A stretch of 64,000 bases of DNA from Salpingoeca rosetta (GCA_033442325.1 JAWQFM010000030.1:719855-783854); one strand, 5' to 3'. Positions 46,768-56,650 are shown, numbered from the stretch's first letter. Notes: generated by a model from the letters alone, not told the origin. Program-made: numbers and translations.

Positions 46768-48642
46768 ATGAGCAGGGCAATCAGCACGCAGCACCACAGT
46801 GTGAGAAATGGCATCGCATCACCCACACACAAGGTCATCTACGATGTGATCAGTGGCACCAGCTTTCACAACACAAAGTCCGTAAAGAGAAAAGGCAAAA
46901 AACGTAAGCTCGTCCGACGCCCCTTCACATCACAAGCATCCGGAGGGCATGTTGGAAGCATTGCCATTGGGGCCGCTGCAGCAACTTCTGCAACAACCAA
47001 CCCTTACCTTTATGCGAGCAGGAACAGCTGGGGGCCAACCTCTTCCCGCAACACGCAGCAACGGACAAAGGCGACATATGGTCCTGTGAGGTATGACAAA
47101 ACCCTGGGCTCCGATGTTCGGCGTGGTCCCTATGGCGCAGAAGCATACAGCAAAGAACTCGGGCGTTGGATGCCGCTCAGCTCACGCGGGCGCCCTGTAA
47201 GACGGGAATACGCCAGGCCAGACGACGAGCTCAAAATGGACGTCCGGGATGAATCCGGCGTGGGTCATCAGAGTATGAGCGCACAGTTGATCAAAGACAG
47301 GATGAGAAATGCTTATGTCCAGGACGCGTACGGACAGAGCTCACAGTCCCTCGATGAACTCCTGAACACCGGGTACATCGGGCAGCAGACGTCCGCACCA
47401 TCTCCCACTCAGACACTCTCGGATGCGCGCGAACTTACATCTTCCACCGTCAAGCAGGTCGGCGAGCTCAAGAACATGACTGATGTCCACCGAGAGAACC
47501 TGATGAAGGCACTCAAGGCAGGCGGGATCAATGACCAAACGACCACACAGCTAGCACTGGATGCGCTTAATCGGCATGGCACAGATTACCGCAGCGTGGA
47601 CTACGACAGCCTCATAAACCAAGCACGCCAGGATGCACCGGCCCGCAAGATCGATCAGGCACGACAAAAGGGAGAAACCCAGTACTGGCTCAAGTCCACC
47701 CGATCCATGCTTTCTCACCTTCCAGAGTCCAACGACAAGTATGCCATGCAGGCTACGCTTGACGCCATTGCATCTGAGAGGGACGCGCAGCAGCAGGACA
47801 GTATGATGAGCTCATTCGACGAGGATCACCGAAAGCTCCTGCAAGACAGCAAGCGAACATACGACGCTCAGCAAGCACTCACGGAGATTGAGAAGCAGCG
47901 CCCTGCACCAAAGCCCAAAATGCGCACCAGCACCACACAAACCAACACACCGAAGGTCACATCAACCGAAATGCAGACAGACGAGGCAGCAAAGCCGAAG
48001 CTTACCAGTCAAGGCATCCAGACCAACGCGGTGACAACATCAACACAACATATGCAAACAGACAACCCCGCAACCACCACACAGGGCATGCAGACACAGA
48101 CCACATCAACATCAACTCAGTCAGCACAAACACAGCAGCCACCAAAGCCACAAACCGCATCGACCTACGTAGGTACAGATGACCTCGACGCCCAATCCAT
48201 CGCCAAGGAGGTCACCCCTCCAATTGTCTCCCTGCAGCAGCATGCAACCCAATCAACACTCAGTGAAGACGCTAGAGCACAGGCGATTGAAGAACGCCAG
48301 GCAAAGTATGGCAAGGCCCCTCCAAGCGCGCGTGTCAAGGAGAGTCGCACCAAGAAGAAGCAGCAGCAAGCTGAGCTCCGGAGTCAGCGCCGTCATGAAA
48401 AGCTTGATGCCAGCAGGAATATCAACGAGGCATTCGCTGAGCCGGAAGCACCACCGCCCCAGCAACCTGTGCGCCATGAGCGACGCCGAGCCAAAGAAAT
48501 AGGTGTCGAACATGATGAGGATGATGGTCGTTCTACAAAAGCACACAAGCCGTCCCACGATACCACCGCAGCGCAAGTGAGCATTCCAGACACCGCTGCA
48601 CCATATGCCGATTTCGGGGATGAACCCGATGTCATGTCATAA
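46768..48642 (+). CDS. Viral hypothetical protein (~624 aa), basic N-terminus, central coiled coil, array of xQT motifs
   Basis: Long intact ORF with KRKGKKRK NLS-like stretch and repeated TTQT/EMQT/GIQT/HMQT/GMQT/SAQT. Confidence 0.8.
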   Translation: MSRAISTQHHSVRNGIASPTHKVIYDVISGTSFHNTKSVKRKGKKRKLVRRPFTSQASGGHVGSIAIGAAAATSATTNPYLYASRNSWGPTSSRNTQQRTKATYGPVRYDKTLGSDVRRGPYGAEAYSKELGRWMPLSSRGRPVRREYARPDDELKMDVRDESGVGHQSMSAQLIKDRMRNAYVQDAYGQSSQSLDELLNTGYIGQQTSAPSPTQTLSDARELTSSTVKQVGELKNMTDVHRENLMKALKAGGINDQTTTQLALDALNRHGTDYRSVDYDSLINQARQDAPARKIDQARQKGETQYWLKSTRSMLSHLPESNDKYAMQATLDAIASERDAQQQDSMMSSFDEDHRKLLQDSKRTYDAQQALTEIEKQRPAPKPKMRTSTTQTNTPKVTSTEMQTDEAAKPKLTSQGIQTNAVTTSTQHMQTDNPATTTQGMQTQTTSTSTQSAQTQQPPKPQTASTYVGTDDLDAQSIAKEVTPPIVSLQQHATQSTLSEDARAQAIEERQAKYGKAPPSARVKESRTKKKQQQAELRSQRRHEKLDASRNINEAFAEPEAPPPQQPVRHERRRAKEIGVEHDEDDGRSTKAHKPSHDTTAAQVSIPDTAAPYADFGDEPDVMS

Positions 48643-48654
48643 CTGCGAGAGTAT

Positions 48655-48695
48655 GCGTTTATTGTACCTTACTGAAGTCAACCGATGAAATAAAG
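48655..48695. terminator. Back-to-back polyadenylation signals between convergent viral genes
   Basis: TTTATT at ~48658 (AATAAA on minus) and AATAAA at ~48689 (plus), in the 67-bp gap between the stops at 48642 and 48710. Confidence 0.6.
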
Positions 48696-48709
48696 CGATG
48701 ACCATTGCA

Positions 48710-49717
48710 TTAGGCGCGAGAGAGCGACACATATGCGTCAAGGTCGCCCGTGTTTGCACCATCAGTGATCTGAAAGCGAACCCACTCGGCTGCCAGGTCA
48801 TACGTGGAAAACACCTTATCCTCTGTGCTTACAGTGACTTCTGCGAGATGAAACCAGAGAGAGGGGTTGCTGTCCTCAGGCGAAACCTGAAGGCGGTACG
48901 TAAAGGACGGTGTGTTGGATGAGCTTGCGTACACTGTGACGAGGGAGAACCCGTTGGCATTGATGGGGTCGGAATTGGTGAAGGTGCCTGCTGCAACTGC
49001 TCCAGTGTGTACGAGGGTGGAGTTGGTGGTGAACTTGCTGTTCATCGTCGTCAAGCTGGTTTCCGTAGCTGCCCCCGTGGGAAGTGGGAGGGGAGCCTGC
49101 AGCGTGCTCCGTATTGTGTCCAGAGTGGCTTCTGTCGCCACCGTGTTTTCCATGGATAGTTTGAAGGCATCCAGTGTGGTTTCCTTCGCTGCGTTGTTCG
49201 GAAGCGGCAATGGGTTCACCAGCTGATTCTTGACATCCGCCAACGTCGCCTCAGTTGCAGCGCCCGTGGGTAGCGGAAGCGATGCTGCCTGGATGTCTAG
49301 GGTGCCCTCCACAGCGGTCTTCACGCCCGCAAGTGTGGTCTCAGTTGCAGCGCCCGTGGGCAGCGGGAGTGAAGTCGCCTGCACGTCGAGGGTCCCCTCC
49401 ACAGCCGTCTTCACGGCGCTAAGCGTGGTCTCAGTTGCGGCACCCGTGGGAAGCGGTAGCGACGTTGCGCTCACAGACACGGTTCCCTCCACGGCATCCT
49501 TCACCGCAGAAAGCGTGGCCTCCGTCGATGCGCCTGTTGGGAGTGGAAGGCTGCTAGCGCTCACGGGCTGGGTGCTGGCGGACGAGTCAACCAAAAGCTT
49601 GCCATCAGAGTTGGTGAGCAAAGTGCGAAACTCCCGCGTGTCATCCCTCCCAAGCACCACTGTAGTGGTTTTAGGGACTTTGGCAGGGTGTTCAAACGAT
49701 ATGGCTGTACGACTCAT
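48710..49717 (-). CDS. Fibre/spike-like virion protein with 30-aa LPLPTGAATETTL repeats and a C-terminal beta-rich head
   Basis: Four near-identical 90-bp repeats (SLPLPTGAATETTLSAVKTAVEGTLDVQAT) plus diverged copies. The beta-strand-rich C-terminus ends WVRFQIT...LDAYVSL. Start taken at MSRTAISF. Confidence 0.65.
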   Translation of the reverse strand: MSRTAISFEHPAKVPKTTTVVLGRDDTREFRTLLTNSDGKLLVDSSASTQPVSASSLPLPTGASTEATLSAVKDAVEGTVSVSATSLPLPTGAATETTLSAVKTAVEGTLDVQATSLPLPTGAATETTLAGVKTAVEGTLDIQAASLPLPTGAATEATLADVKNQLVNPLPLPNNAAKETTLDAFKLSMENTVATEATLDTIRSTLQAPLPLPTGAATETSLTTMNSKFTTNSTLVHTGAVAAGTFTNSDPINANGFSLVTVYASSSNTPSFTYRLQVSPEDSNPSLWFHLAEVTVSTEDKVFSTYDLAAEWVRFQITDGANTGDLDAYVSLSRA

Positions 49718-49784
49718 GTTGAGCTGTTTACTTCTTCGTGAACAGCAGGGTGCAAAGAAAATGACACCAGGAAGCACAATGCAC

Positions 49785-50399
49785 TCAAGCATCATCGCAG
49801 GGAGTGATTTCCTTCACAAACAGGGAGCAACCAAGACGCTCACCATCATGCTTGCGTGAGAAACGAATGTCTCCCCTCACATTGCAGGGCACGCCGTCGA
49901 GCTTGGGGTCCGCTGTGTCCAATCCCCAGGTGAGGCGGATGTTGACAATGTCGTCCTTGGGCCAGGTGATCTGGTACATGTCTGGATCGATGCGCTCCAG
50001 GCAGCCCCTAAGGGTGCCCATCATGTCGGCGGCTTGCACGGGAACGTCGGGGGTGCTCTTGGCCACCTCAGCCACGGCAGTGCGGATGGTGCCCTTAGTA
50101 CCGCGCTCCTCCCAGGTATCGGGCTTGATGTAGACGTCGGTGAGCTTGATCGGGATGCTGGTACGCTCTGGATAGTCGTCAGGCACAAAGCGAGGGATCT
50201 TCTTGGGCCCGCTCATGCCGTGGTAGCTGCTCTTAAAGAAAGCCAGAAGCTCATCTGCATTGTCGATAGCAGGCATCGCCTTGCGCGTGGGCTGGAAGCC
50301 AACAGTGACGTCGTCAAAGTTGGGCCGACCAGCCTTGCGCTGCTGGCGTGGGCGAGAGGTCGGGGCCTTCACGGGCAGACGGGGGATGCGGGCGCTCAT
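49785..50399 (-). CDS. Viral hypothetical protein, candidate OB-fold single-stranded DNA-binding protein
   Basis: Intact ORF divergent from PolB. C-terminus CNVRGDIRF...GERLGCSLFVKEI resembles the last strands of T7 gp2.5-like SSBs. The function is inferred. Confidence 0.55.
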   Translation of the reverse strand: MSARIPRLPVKAPTSRPRQQRKAGRPNFDDVTVGFQPTRKAMPAIDNADELLAFFKSSYHGMSGPKKIPRFVPDDYPERTSIPIKLTDVYIKPDTWEERGTKGTIRTAVAEVAKSTPDVPVQAADMMGTLRGCLERIDPDMYQITWPKDDIVNIRLTWGLDTADPKLDGVPCNVRGDIRFSRKHDGERLGCSLFVKEITPCDDA

Positions 50400-50587
50400 G
50401 GTGAACTTGGTGAACTTGGTGACTTGAACTTGGTCCTCGGGCAGTGTCTTGGCTGGCTCAAATGAAGATGGAAAATGAACATCCACACCCCACCCTCAGC
50501 CATACATGGTCAGCTGGTGTACATTGTCGGCAAAAACTGTTTATGTACATCTTCCATGAACATTCGGTATCGCGCAAGAACAACGTA

Positions 50588-50813
50588 TTTCTTCGTCCAC
50601 TCGTCGAGTTGTTCTATTTCTGGTAATGTATTGCATCATAGCAAACCTAGCCAGTCGAAAATTTACCATAATTATTCGATGAGTCATCGCTACCCCTCGT
50701 TTTCTTCGTTCACTCGTCGAGTTGATCTATTTGTGACAATATATTGCATAATACCAAACCTAGACAGTCGAAAATTTACCATGATCATTCGATGAGTCAT
50801 CGTTACTTCTCGT
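50588..50813. repeat. Two tandem 113-bp direct repeats in the AT-rich divergent intergenic region upstream of PolB
   Basis: Units start at 50588 and 50701 (tttcttcgt.cactcgtcgagttg...aaacctag.cagtcgaaaatttaccat...cgatgagtcatcg). Confidence 0.9.
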
Positions 50814-50966
50814 CGAGTATGTGCAGTTATGGTAACTCATAACTACCTGTCGTTGAGCACTCTGGGCTGGCGCAACTTTGGTTGTTTGCATCGACGCCAT
50901 TTTTTCTCTGACATCAACTCGATCAACAACCATCCCGCCTGTTTGACAGTTCTGCAAAAGGTTACC

Positions 50967-53900
50967 ATGCCGACGCGTCAACCTTACCATCCCTTCGCAG
51001 GAGATGATGATGGTGGTGATGTTTGGGATCTGCCCTTACCACCTTATCAACCCTTCCCAGGAGACAATGATGGTGATGATGTTTGGGACCATTGGGACCT
51101 GCCCATGCCACCAGCACCACCGCGACCACCACCACCACCGCCACGTCCCATGCGCCCTGACATGTCACCACCACCACCACCCGAACCCGTCATGGGGGCG
51201 ACGACGACACCAGCACCACAAGAATTCATGGACGAGGCCGACGATGAGGAGTTCAACCGCCTTCTCTACAACCTCGCTGAAGCTGCGGAGAGCACCCAAG
51301 TAACCAACGGCACAACTATCATTGCTACCGCAGAGCAGGCTGCCGCCCATGCTTCAAACATCCAGCACACCCACGCCGCCAACTACGCCATCAACCCGGA
51401 TGCAGCTGGTCTCACCCACAATTTTGAGGTCGTTGCCCCCGGTGCAGCTGTACCCTTTCGCGCTGTTGCCGCAGACGAGCAGGCACCCACATCTGACACG
51501 GTCCAGACTAGCTCAGACATCATCATCAACTCTCGCCGACACTTCCAGGAGCAGGTCATGTACACGTTCACAGCCAAGATCAACTCCATGCAGCTGCTGC
51601 AGGACAACCTCACTGAGATGATGGTCAACGGTCGTGAGACCATGAGCCAAAACGATTTGCGCACGCGCGTCACTAACGCCTTCGTCAACGCCTACATGCG
51701 CGAGCGCCCCCTCACCGCATCATCCAACATTGTCATCGCCGGCGACGTACACTACAGCGTCAACCGCCTCTCATCAGGCGGGGGACCGGAAACACGCGCA
51801 CCCGCCGAGCCGAGCGGACGCGTGCAGCAGACAGTGCGGGGTGGTGACTTTGATGCTGTTCGACAAGCTGTGACGTCCCATGTTTCCGGCATGCTGGACA
51901 CGACGATGTTGTCTATGTCGAGCTCTGACGTGGAACTCGAGCAGGTTGTCATCAACATCTCCATGGATGGCGTGCGCACTGGTGCGGGGGTGCCTCAGGA
52001 CTTGGCCGACCGACGCGCGTTCTATGAGACATTCAAGATTTGTTTCGGCGCAATGGATGTGCCTGCCAACCCAGACACGGGTGGCAAGGAGATGCGGCTC
52101 GGGCAAGACATGTTCTGTCCTGTCAACAGCGGGGCCGATTGCTTCTACCACTGCCTGTACTACCACATGGCGCGGAACGGTGTTAGACGTGCTTTCAAGA
52201 ATGCGCACGTTGACGCCATGCACTTGCTCAGCGGTCAGCCTGTGCGCACAGCCACCAAGGATTTCCTGAACGCCAGCGCCCGCGTGAACCAGAATCTCTC
52301 CCGCCACATGGTCACCTCCCACATGCTTCGTTTATGTGACCAGCAGCTTCCGGACGCCTTTGCGGAGAACACCCGCGGCGTCTGCATCGAGGACGTCTTT
52401 GAGATGAGCATTCTCGCACTCAGCCCGATTATCACCTTTGATCTCAACCGAGACATGCGGCTACTGCCAGAGTTCTCCGTGTTGCACCACGAGCTGCTTC
52501 GCGTCCTGCGCCACACCCCGACCGACGCCTCCATTCAAGAACGGTTTGACTGGTTCATGACCAACTGCCGCGGCGAGGATGGCTTGCCCAAGTTCTCGGA
52601 CGCTCCGCATGTGCCGGCGGGTCGCCTTTGCATGACCCAGCGAATTGCAAGGGACAGCCCGAGCCGTGCCACGCTTGGCGCGAAGCGGTTTCTCGACATC
52701 CCAGGGGTGACGCTGGAACGGATCCGGCTCTTCGGTGAGCAAAGCCCACAGCATCAATCGCAATTTCTTGCGGAGAAGGACCGCGCCGTATGGCTCGGCT
52801 TCAACAGCAGATTCTCCCACTTCATCGACTTTGCCAAGAGCACGCGTGTGAAGGTGTGGGTGCAGAACGTGTCGAGCTCCTACAATGGCCTTGGCAAGAT
52901 GAGCATGTCCTCCCGTACTTCATGGATCTGTGTCATCTGCGGGCTTGTTATGGAAACGGCCAGATCGAAGCACAAGTGCATGAGCAGACGCTGCGCAACA
53001 TGCCGCCAACACTTTGGGAGTCTGGACGCTTACCTCTCCCACGACGAGCGACGTCGGAACGAGTATGCCGATGGACGTGTACGCGAGTGCAGCGTCTGCC
53101 GAAAGCGCATCAGCAACAGCTGCTTTGACAAGCACCATGACGAGTGCTATCAGCGCAGCCTTCGACAAACGACGGACGAACACAGGGCAAGTGGCGAGCA
53201 CGTGGTGCGCTGCAACTTCTGCCATTCCATGGTCACGTGCAGCGGCGACTTCACCATGGACACACACTACCACACAGACTGCCAAGGGCGGCAGCGCAAG
53301 GCCAAGAGGTGCTCGAAATGTCACGTCGCACACCCAAAGCAGCAGCCGTGCCGAATTTCGAGAATTTCCAAGACGACGCAGCTGGAGTGGGAGAACACGG
53401 ATGTCTACGTGTGGGACATTGAGTCTTGCACAAAATCGGTCGACGGAAGCACGGTGCACGTCCCCAATTACATCCATGTTCGCCTCCTTCCAAGACCAGA
53501 CGTTACTTGGGAGAGCGACCCTGGTGATCACCGGAAGCGAGGAGCAAAGCCCACGATCAACCTGACTCAGGAGGGGTGCGACGCTTCCACAACCCTTACG
53601 GAGCGAGAACGCAAGACACAGGAAGAGTGCGAGCGCAAAGCACTGCTGCACTTCAAGCAGGATGAGAACGAGTGGGAGTTTGATGACCTCACCTACTTTC
53701 TCGAGTGGGTGCACAAGCTCGCGCGGAGATCGGTGTTCATCGCCCATAACAGCAAAGGTTATGACGCCTTCCTGCTCAAGACGGCTGCCATTCGCTCTGG
53801 GCTCTATCCAGCATACGAGCATGGCAGTGGGCAAAAGCTTGATGGCCTTGGGTTCAAGGTGACTGCAGAAGACGAGAACAGCGGGCAGGTGCGAACCATC

Positions 53901-56474
53901 ACCGTCTCCTTCATCGACTCCATGAACTGGTTCCCAGGCCCTCTGAGCAAGCTGCCGGTCACGCTGCAGTGCATCAACCGCGACGTGAGCAAGGACGTCT
54001 TCCCGCACTCCTTCCACACCTCGGAGCATCAGCACTACGTTGGCACACTACCTGCACGCGAGCACTGGGGCGACATATCTGATGGTGATTGGCAGGCGCT
54101 GTGCTCGCGCTTTTTCACCGACAGCGCGCACATGTTCGCGTGGCAGCAAGTGCTGTGGGAGCGCGGGGAACAGCAAGAGCACATGTCGTACGAAGAGCAG
54201 ACACAGTTAGCCAGGGAGGTCAATTTCGACAAGCAGCCGTTTGACCTGCGCGAGTACATGAAGTACTACTGCAAGGAGGATACGCGCGTGCTTGGGCTTT
54301 GCATGGCGGTGTGGCGCTACATCAGCCTGCGCTCGTTTTCCGTTTGCCCACTGATCAAGAGCACCACGGCTGCTAGCTATGCCATGCATGTGTACCGCAG
54401 CTGCTTCTGCAAGCCGGAAGGCATCCCAACCCTGACTCGGTTTCACGAGGAGCTAGCCAGACAAGCGTATGCTGGCGGTCGCACGGAGAAGCTCACACCC
54501 TTTATGTGTGTGCGAGAGGACGGCCTGGACGACATTATTGGAGACCTCCTCAGCGACGACGAGCGGCAGAAGCATCTCGACGCATGCCGCAGTCGCTATG
54601 GCAATCGCCCTCGCCTGTCGTACATTGATGTCACGAGCCTCTACCCCACAGTCATGTTCTTCGACAGGCTGCCGTGTGACCCACCACAAACATACGTGAG
54701 CCAGCTATTTCTTGGCACGCTGCTGCCGCATGAGCGACGACAGTATGTGGCACATAAGGCGAAGCTTCTGGATGAGCTTCCCGATGGGTGGGAGAACCAG
54801 GAAGGCATCGTCATGGTCGATGTGAGGACCAAGCCCGCGTCGGAGCTTCCCGATGATTGGGTACCGCTCGTTGGCACCAAGAGCACCACCACCAACGCGC
54901 ACAACGACAAAGACCGAAAGTTTGTGTTTGGCTGCATCGAGCATGCCAAGACGATGACCCTCACCATGTTCGACTTTCGACTGCTGCGCGATGACCCGAA
55001 CTACTTCATGGACACCATCTACCGGGTCGACCTCATGGGCAGCGGCAGCAAGGACATGTTCAAGGAGTACATCAGGTTCCTGTACAAGATGAAGGAGGAA
55101 GCGTCTGAGCCACCTGCCAACAGAGAGGAGGCTGAAGCGTTGGCTGACCGCGTGCGGCGAGAGCTGGACGTTGAGCTCTCTGTCGACAAGCTCATGGAGA
55201 GCGAGAACAGTGGGCTTCGTGGTCTTGCAAAGCTGCTGCTGAACTCGCTCTTTGGCAAGTTTGGTCAGCGCACGCTCACCAAGACAGAGTGGATGAGCCT
55301 GTCGGAGTATGTGGATTTCCTGAAGACCAAGGTTGTGCGCCACCCCTACCGCTATCGGCTCGCGAATCGGCGCATCTACGGTGATCCTGAGCATAGCAAT
55401 GGCGACTTCAACGCGCGCGTGCGCGTGAGGTACCTGGACATTGAAGACGACAGCACCCGCCTGCGCACGAACGTCGCCATTGCCGCATACATCACAGCTA
55501 TTGCCCGCAACCGACTCGTGCAGATGATGCGCGCCCTGCAGCAGCTCGGTTGCGCGCTCGCCTACTGCGACACGGACAGTCTTGTGTTCATGGACCCGAA
55601 CGGCCGCACGTTTGAACAGCTCAACAGTGCCCTGCAGACCATTGGCTCGCGATGCGAGATTGGCAGCATGCTTGGGCAGTGGAAGCCAGAGTACGAGGAA
55701 GGGAAGCACGAGCTTTTGGAGTGCGCGCAGATTGCGGCAAAGACGTACTCGCACAAGGTGCTCTGCGTCAACGGTTGCTGGGACAAGAAGAAGAACAAGC
55801 CGAAGCATCAGGCGGGTGAGCTGTTCTACACTGTTAAGTGCAAGGGGATGCCAGTGAAGAGGAAGAGCGGGCGCACAACGGATGTACAAATTCCAGGCAT
55901 CAACCAAACATATTTCCTCAAGGACGAGAAGGATTGGCACTGGGCATACAAGCAGATGGTCTTTGGACAGGCGCAGCAGGTGCAGATCAGGCAGATCAAC
56001 GCAGCCAACTTCGTGCGCCGACATGGTGACATGTACATGGAGCGACAGGCAAAGTCGTTCACCAGGACCGGCAAGGACAAGCGTGTGATGCACCCGGATG
56101 GACCCCTGTTGCCCATGATGCCGCTGACAGTGCAGCATGCTGGGGTGGATGACGAGACACACCCAAGCAAGAAGGCAAAGACTTTCTATGAGGAGCGACG
56201 AAGCACAGCACCGATGGATGTTGGCCGCGTGATTGATGAGATTGCACCTACAGATGAGAGCCTGCAAGCACTGTTCACAAGCGAGACAGGCGACGACACG
56301 CTCGCACACATCTTGGAGCAGGTGAACGAAGCCTCGCTCATGCAGCACGCCGAGCTGCCGTCCCCGCCGCCGTGGGAGCAGCCTGAGGGTGAAGATGGAG
56401 AGGAGGAGGAGGAGGAGGAGGAGGGGGAGGAGGGACAGCCCGCTTATGCTTACACACATGCACCCGCACTGTGA
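50967..56474 (+). CDS. polB: Protein-primed family B DNA polymerase (pPolB) with long N-terminal extension (putative terminal protein, vOTU protease, Zn fingers)
   Basis: ExoI VWDIES, ExoII AHNSKGYD, FIDSMNWF, KDVFPH, ExoIII YCKEDTRVL, YAGGRTE, motif A DVTSLYP, motif B KLLLNSLFGKFGQ, motif C YCDTDS, KTYS and KCKG. The ORF track starts at 50829; MPTRQ at 50967 is preferred. Confidence 0.96.
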   Translation: MPTRQPYHPFAGDDDGGDVWDLPLPPYQPFPGDNDGDDVWDHWDLPMPPAPPRPPPPPPRPMRPDMSPPPPPEPVMGATTTPAPQEFMDEADDEEFNRLLYNLAEAAESTQVTNGTTIIATAEQAAAHASNIQHTHAANYAINPDAAGLTHNFEVVAPGAAVPFRAVAADEQAPTSDTVQTSSDIIINSRRHFQEQVMYTFTAKINSMQLLQDNLTEMMVNGRETMSQNDLRTRVTNAFVNAYMRERPLTASSNIVIAGDVHYSVNRLSSGGGPETRAPAEPSGRVQQTVRGGDFDAVRQAVTSHVSGMLDTTMLSMSSSDVELEQVVINISMDGVRTGAGVPQDLADRRAFYETFKICFGAMDVPANPDTGGKEMRLGQDMFCPVNSGADCFYHCLYYHMARNGVRRAFKNAHVDAMHLLSGQPVRTATKDFLNASARVNQNLSRHMVTSHMLRLCDQQLPDAFAENTRGVCIEDVFEMSILALSPIITFDLNRDMRLLPEFSVLHHELLRVLRHTPTDASIQERFDWFMTNCRGEDGLPKFSDAPHVPAGRLCMTQRIARDSPSRATLGAKRFLDIPGVTLERIRLFGEQSPQHQSQFLAEKDRAVWLGFNSRFSHFIDFAKSTRVKVWVQNVSSSYNGLGKMSMSSRTSWICVICGLVMETARSKHKCMSRRCATCRQHFGSLDAYLSHDERRRNEYADGRVRECSVCRKRISNSCFDKHHDECYQRSLRQTTDEHRASGEHVVRCNFCHSMVTCSGDFTMDTHYHTDCQGRQRKAKRCSKCHVAHPKQQPCRISRISKTTQLEWENTDVYVWDIESCTKSVDGSTVHVPNYIHVRLLPRPDVTWESDPGDHRKRGAKPTINLTQEGCDASTTLTERERKTQEECERKALLHFKQDENEWEFDDLTYFLEWVHKLARRSVFIAHNSKGYDAFLLKTAAIRSGLYPAYEHGSGQKLDGLGFKVTAEDENSGQVRTITVSFIDSMNWFPGPLSKLPVTLQCINRDVSKDVFPHSFHTSEHQHYVGTLPAREHWGDISDGDWQALCSRFFTDSAHMFAWQQVLWERGEQQEHMSYEEQTQLAREVNFDKQPFDLREYMKYYCKEDTRVLGLCMAVWRYISLRSFSVCPLIKSTTAASYAMHVYRSCFCKPEGIPTLTRFHEELARQAYAGGRTEKLTPFMCVREDGLDDIIGDLLSDDERQKHLDACRSRYGNRPRLSYIDVTSLYPTVMFFDRLPCDPPQTYVSQLFLGTLLPHERRQYVAHKAKLLDELPDGWENQEGIVMVDVRTKPASELPDDWVPLVGTKSTTTNAHNDKDRKFVFGCIEHAKTMTLTMFDFRLLRDDPNYFMDTIYRVDLMGSGSKDMFKEYIRFLYKMKEEASEPPANREEAEALADRVRRELDVELSVDKLMESENSGLRGLAKLLLNSLFGKFGQRTLTKTEWMSLSEYVDFLKTKVVRHPYRYRLANRRIYGDPEHSNGDFNARVRVRYLDIEDDSTRLRTNVAIAAYITAIARNRLVQMMRALQQLGCALAYCDTDSLVFMDPNGRTFEQLNSALQTIGSRCEIGSMLGQWKPEYEEGKHELLECAQIAAKTYSHKVLCVNGCWDKKKNKPKHQAGELFYTVKCKGMPVKRKSGRTTDVQIPGINQTYFLKDEKDWHWAYKQMVFGQAQQVQIRQINAANFVRRHGDMYMERQAKSFTRTGKDKRVMHPDGPLLPMMPLTVQHAGVDDETHPSKKAKTFYEERRSTAPMDVGRVIDEIAPTDESLQALFTSETGDDTLAHILEQVNEASLMQHAELPSPPPWEQPEGEDGEEEEEEEEGEEGQPAYAYTHAPAL

Positions 56475-56509
56475 GGGTGTGCAGCACCAGTAAACACAAG
56501 ATCAGAAAA

Positions 56510-56650
56510 TTATGTAAGATTTTGCAAATTTTCGTCAGTAGGGAATTTGATTATGATTTGCTGATATTTATGTAAGATATTGCAAATTTTCGGCAGTAGG
56601 GAATTTGATTGTGAGTGGATGAATTTTATGTAAAATATTGCAAATTTTCT
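56510..56650. repeat. ~2.4 tandem copies of a 58-bp AT-rich repeat downstream of PolB
   Basis: ttatgtaa.at.ttgcaaattttc starts at 56510, 56568 and 56626. Confidence 0.9.

Noticed and set aside
54705-56459. Long antisense ORFs within PolB (also 52920-54035; 13345-14736 in the TPR gene; 59247-60131)
   Set aside because: Shadow ORFs from GC-rich codon bias on the opposite strand, with no motifs.
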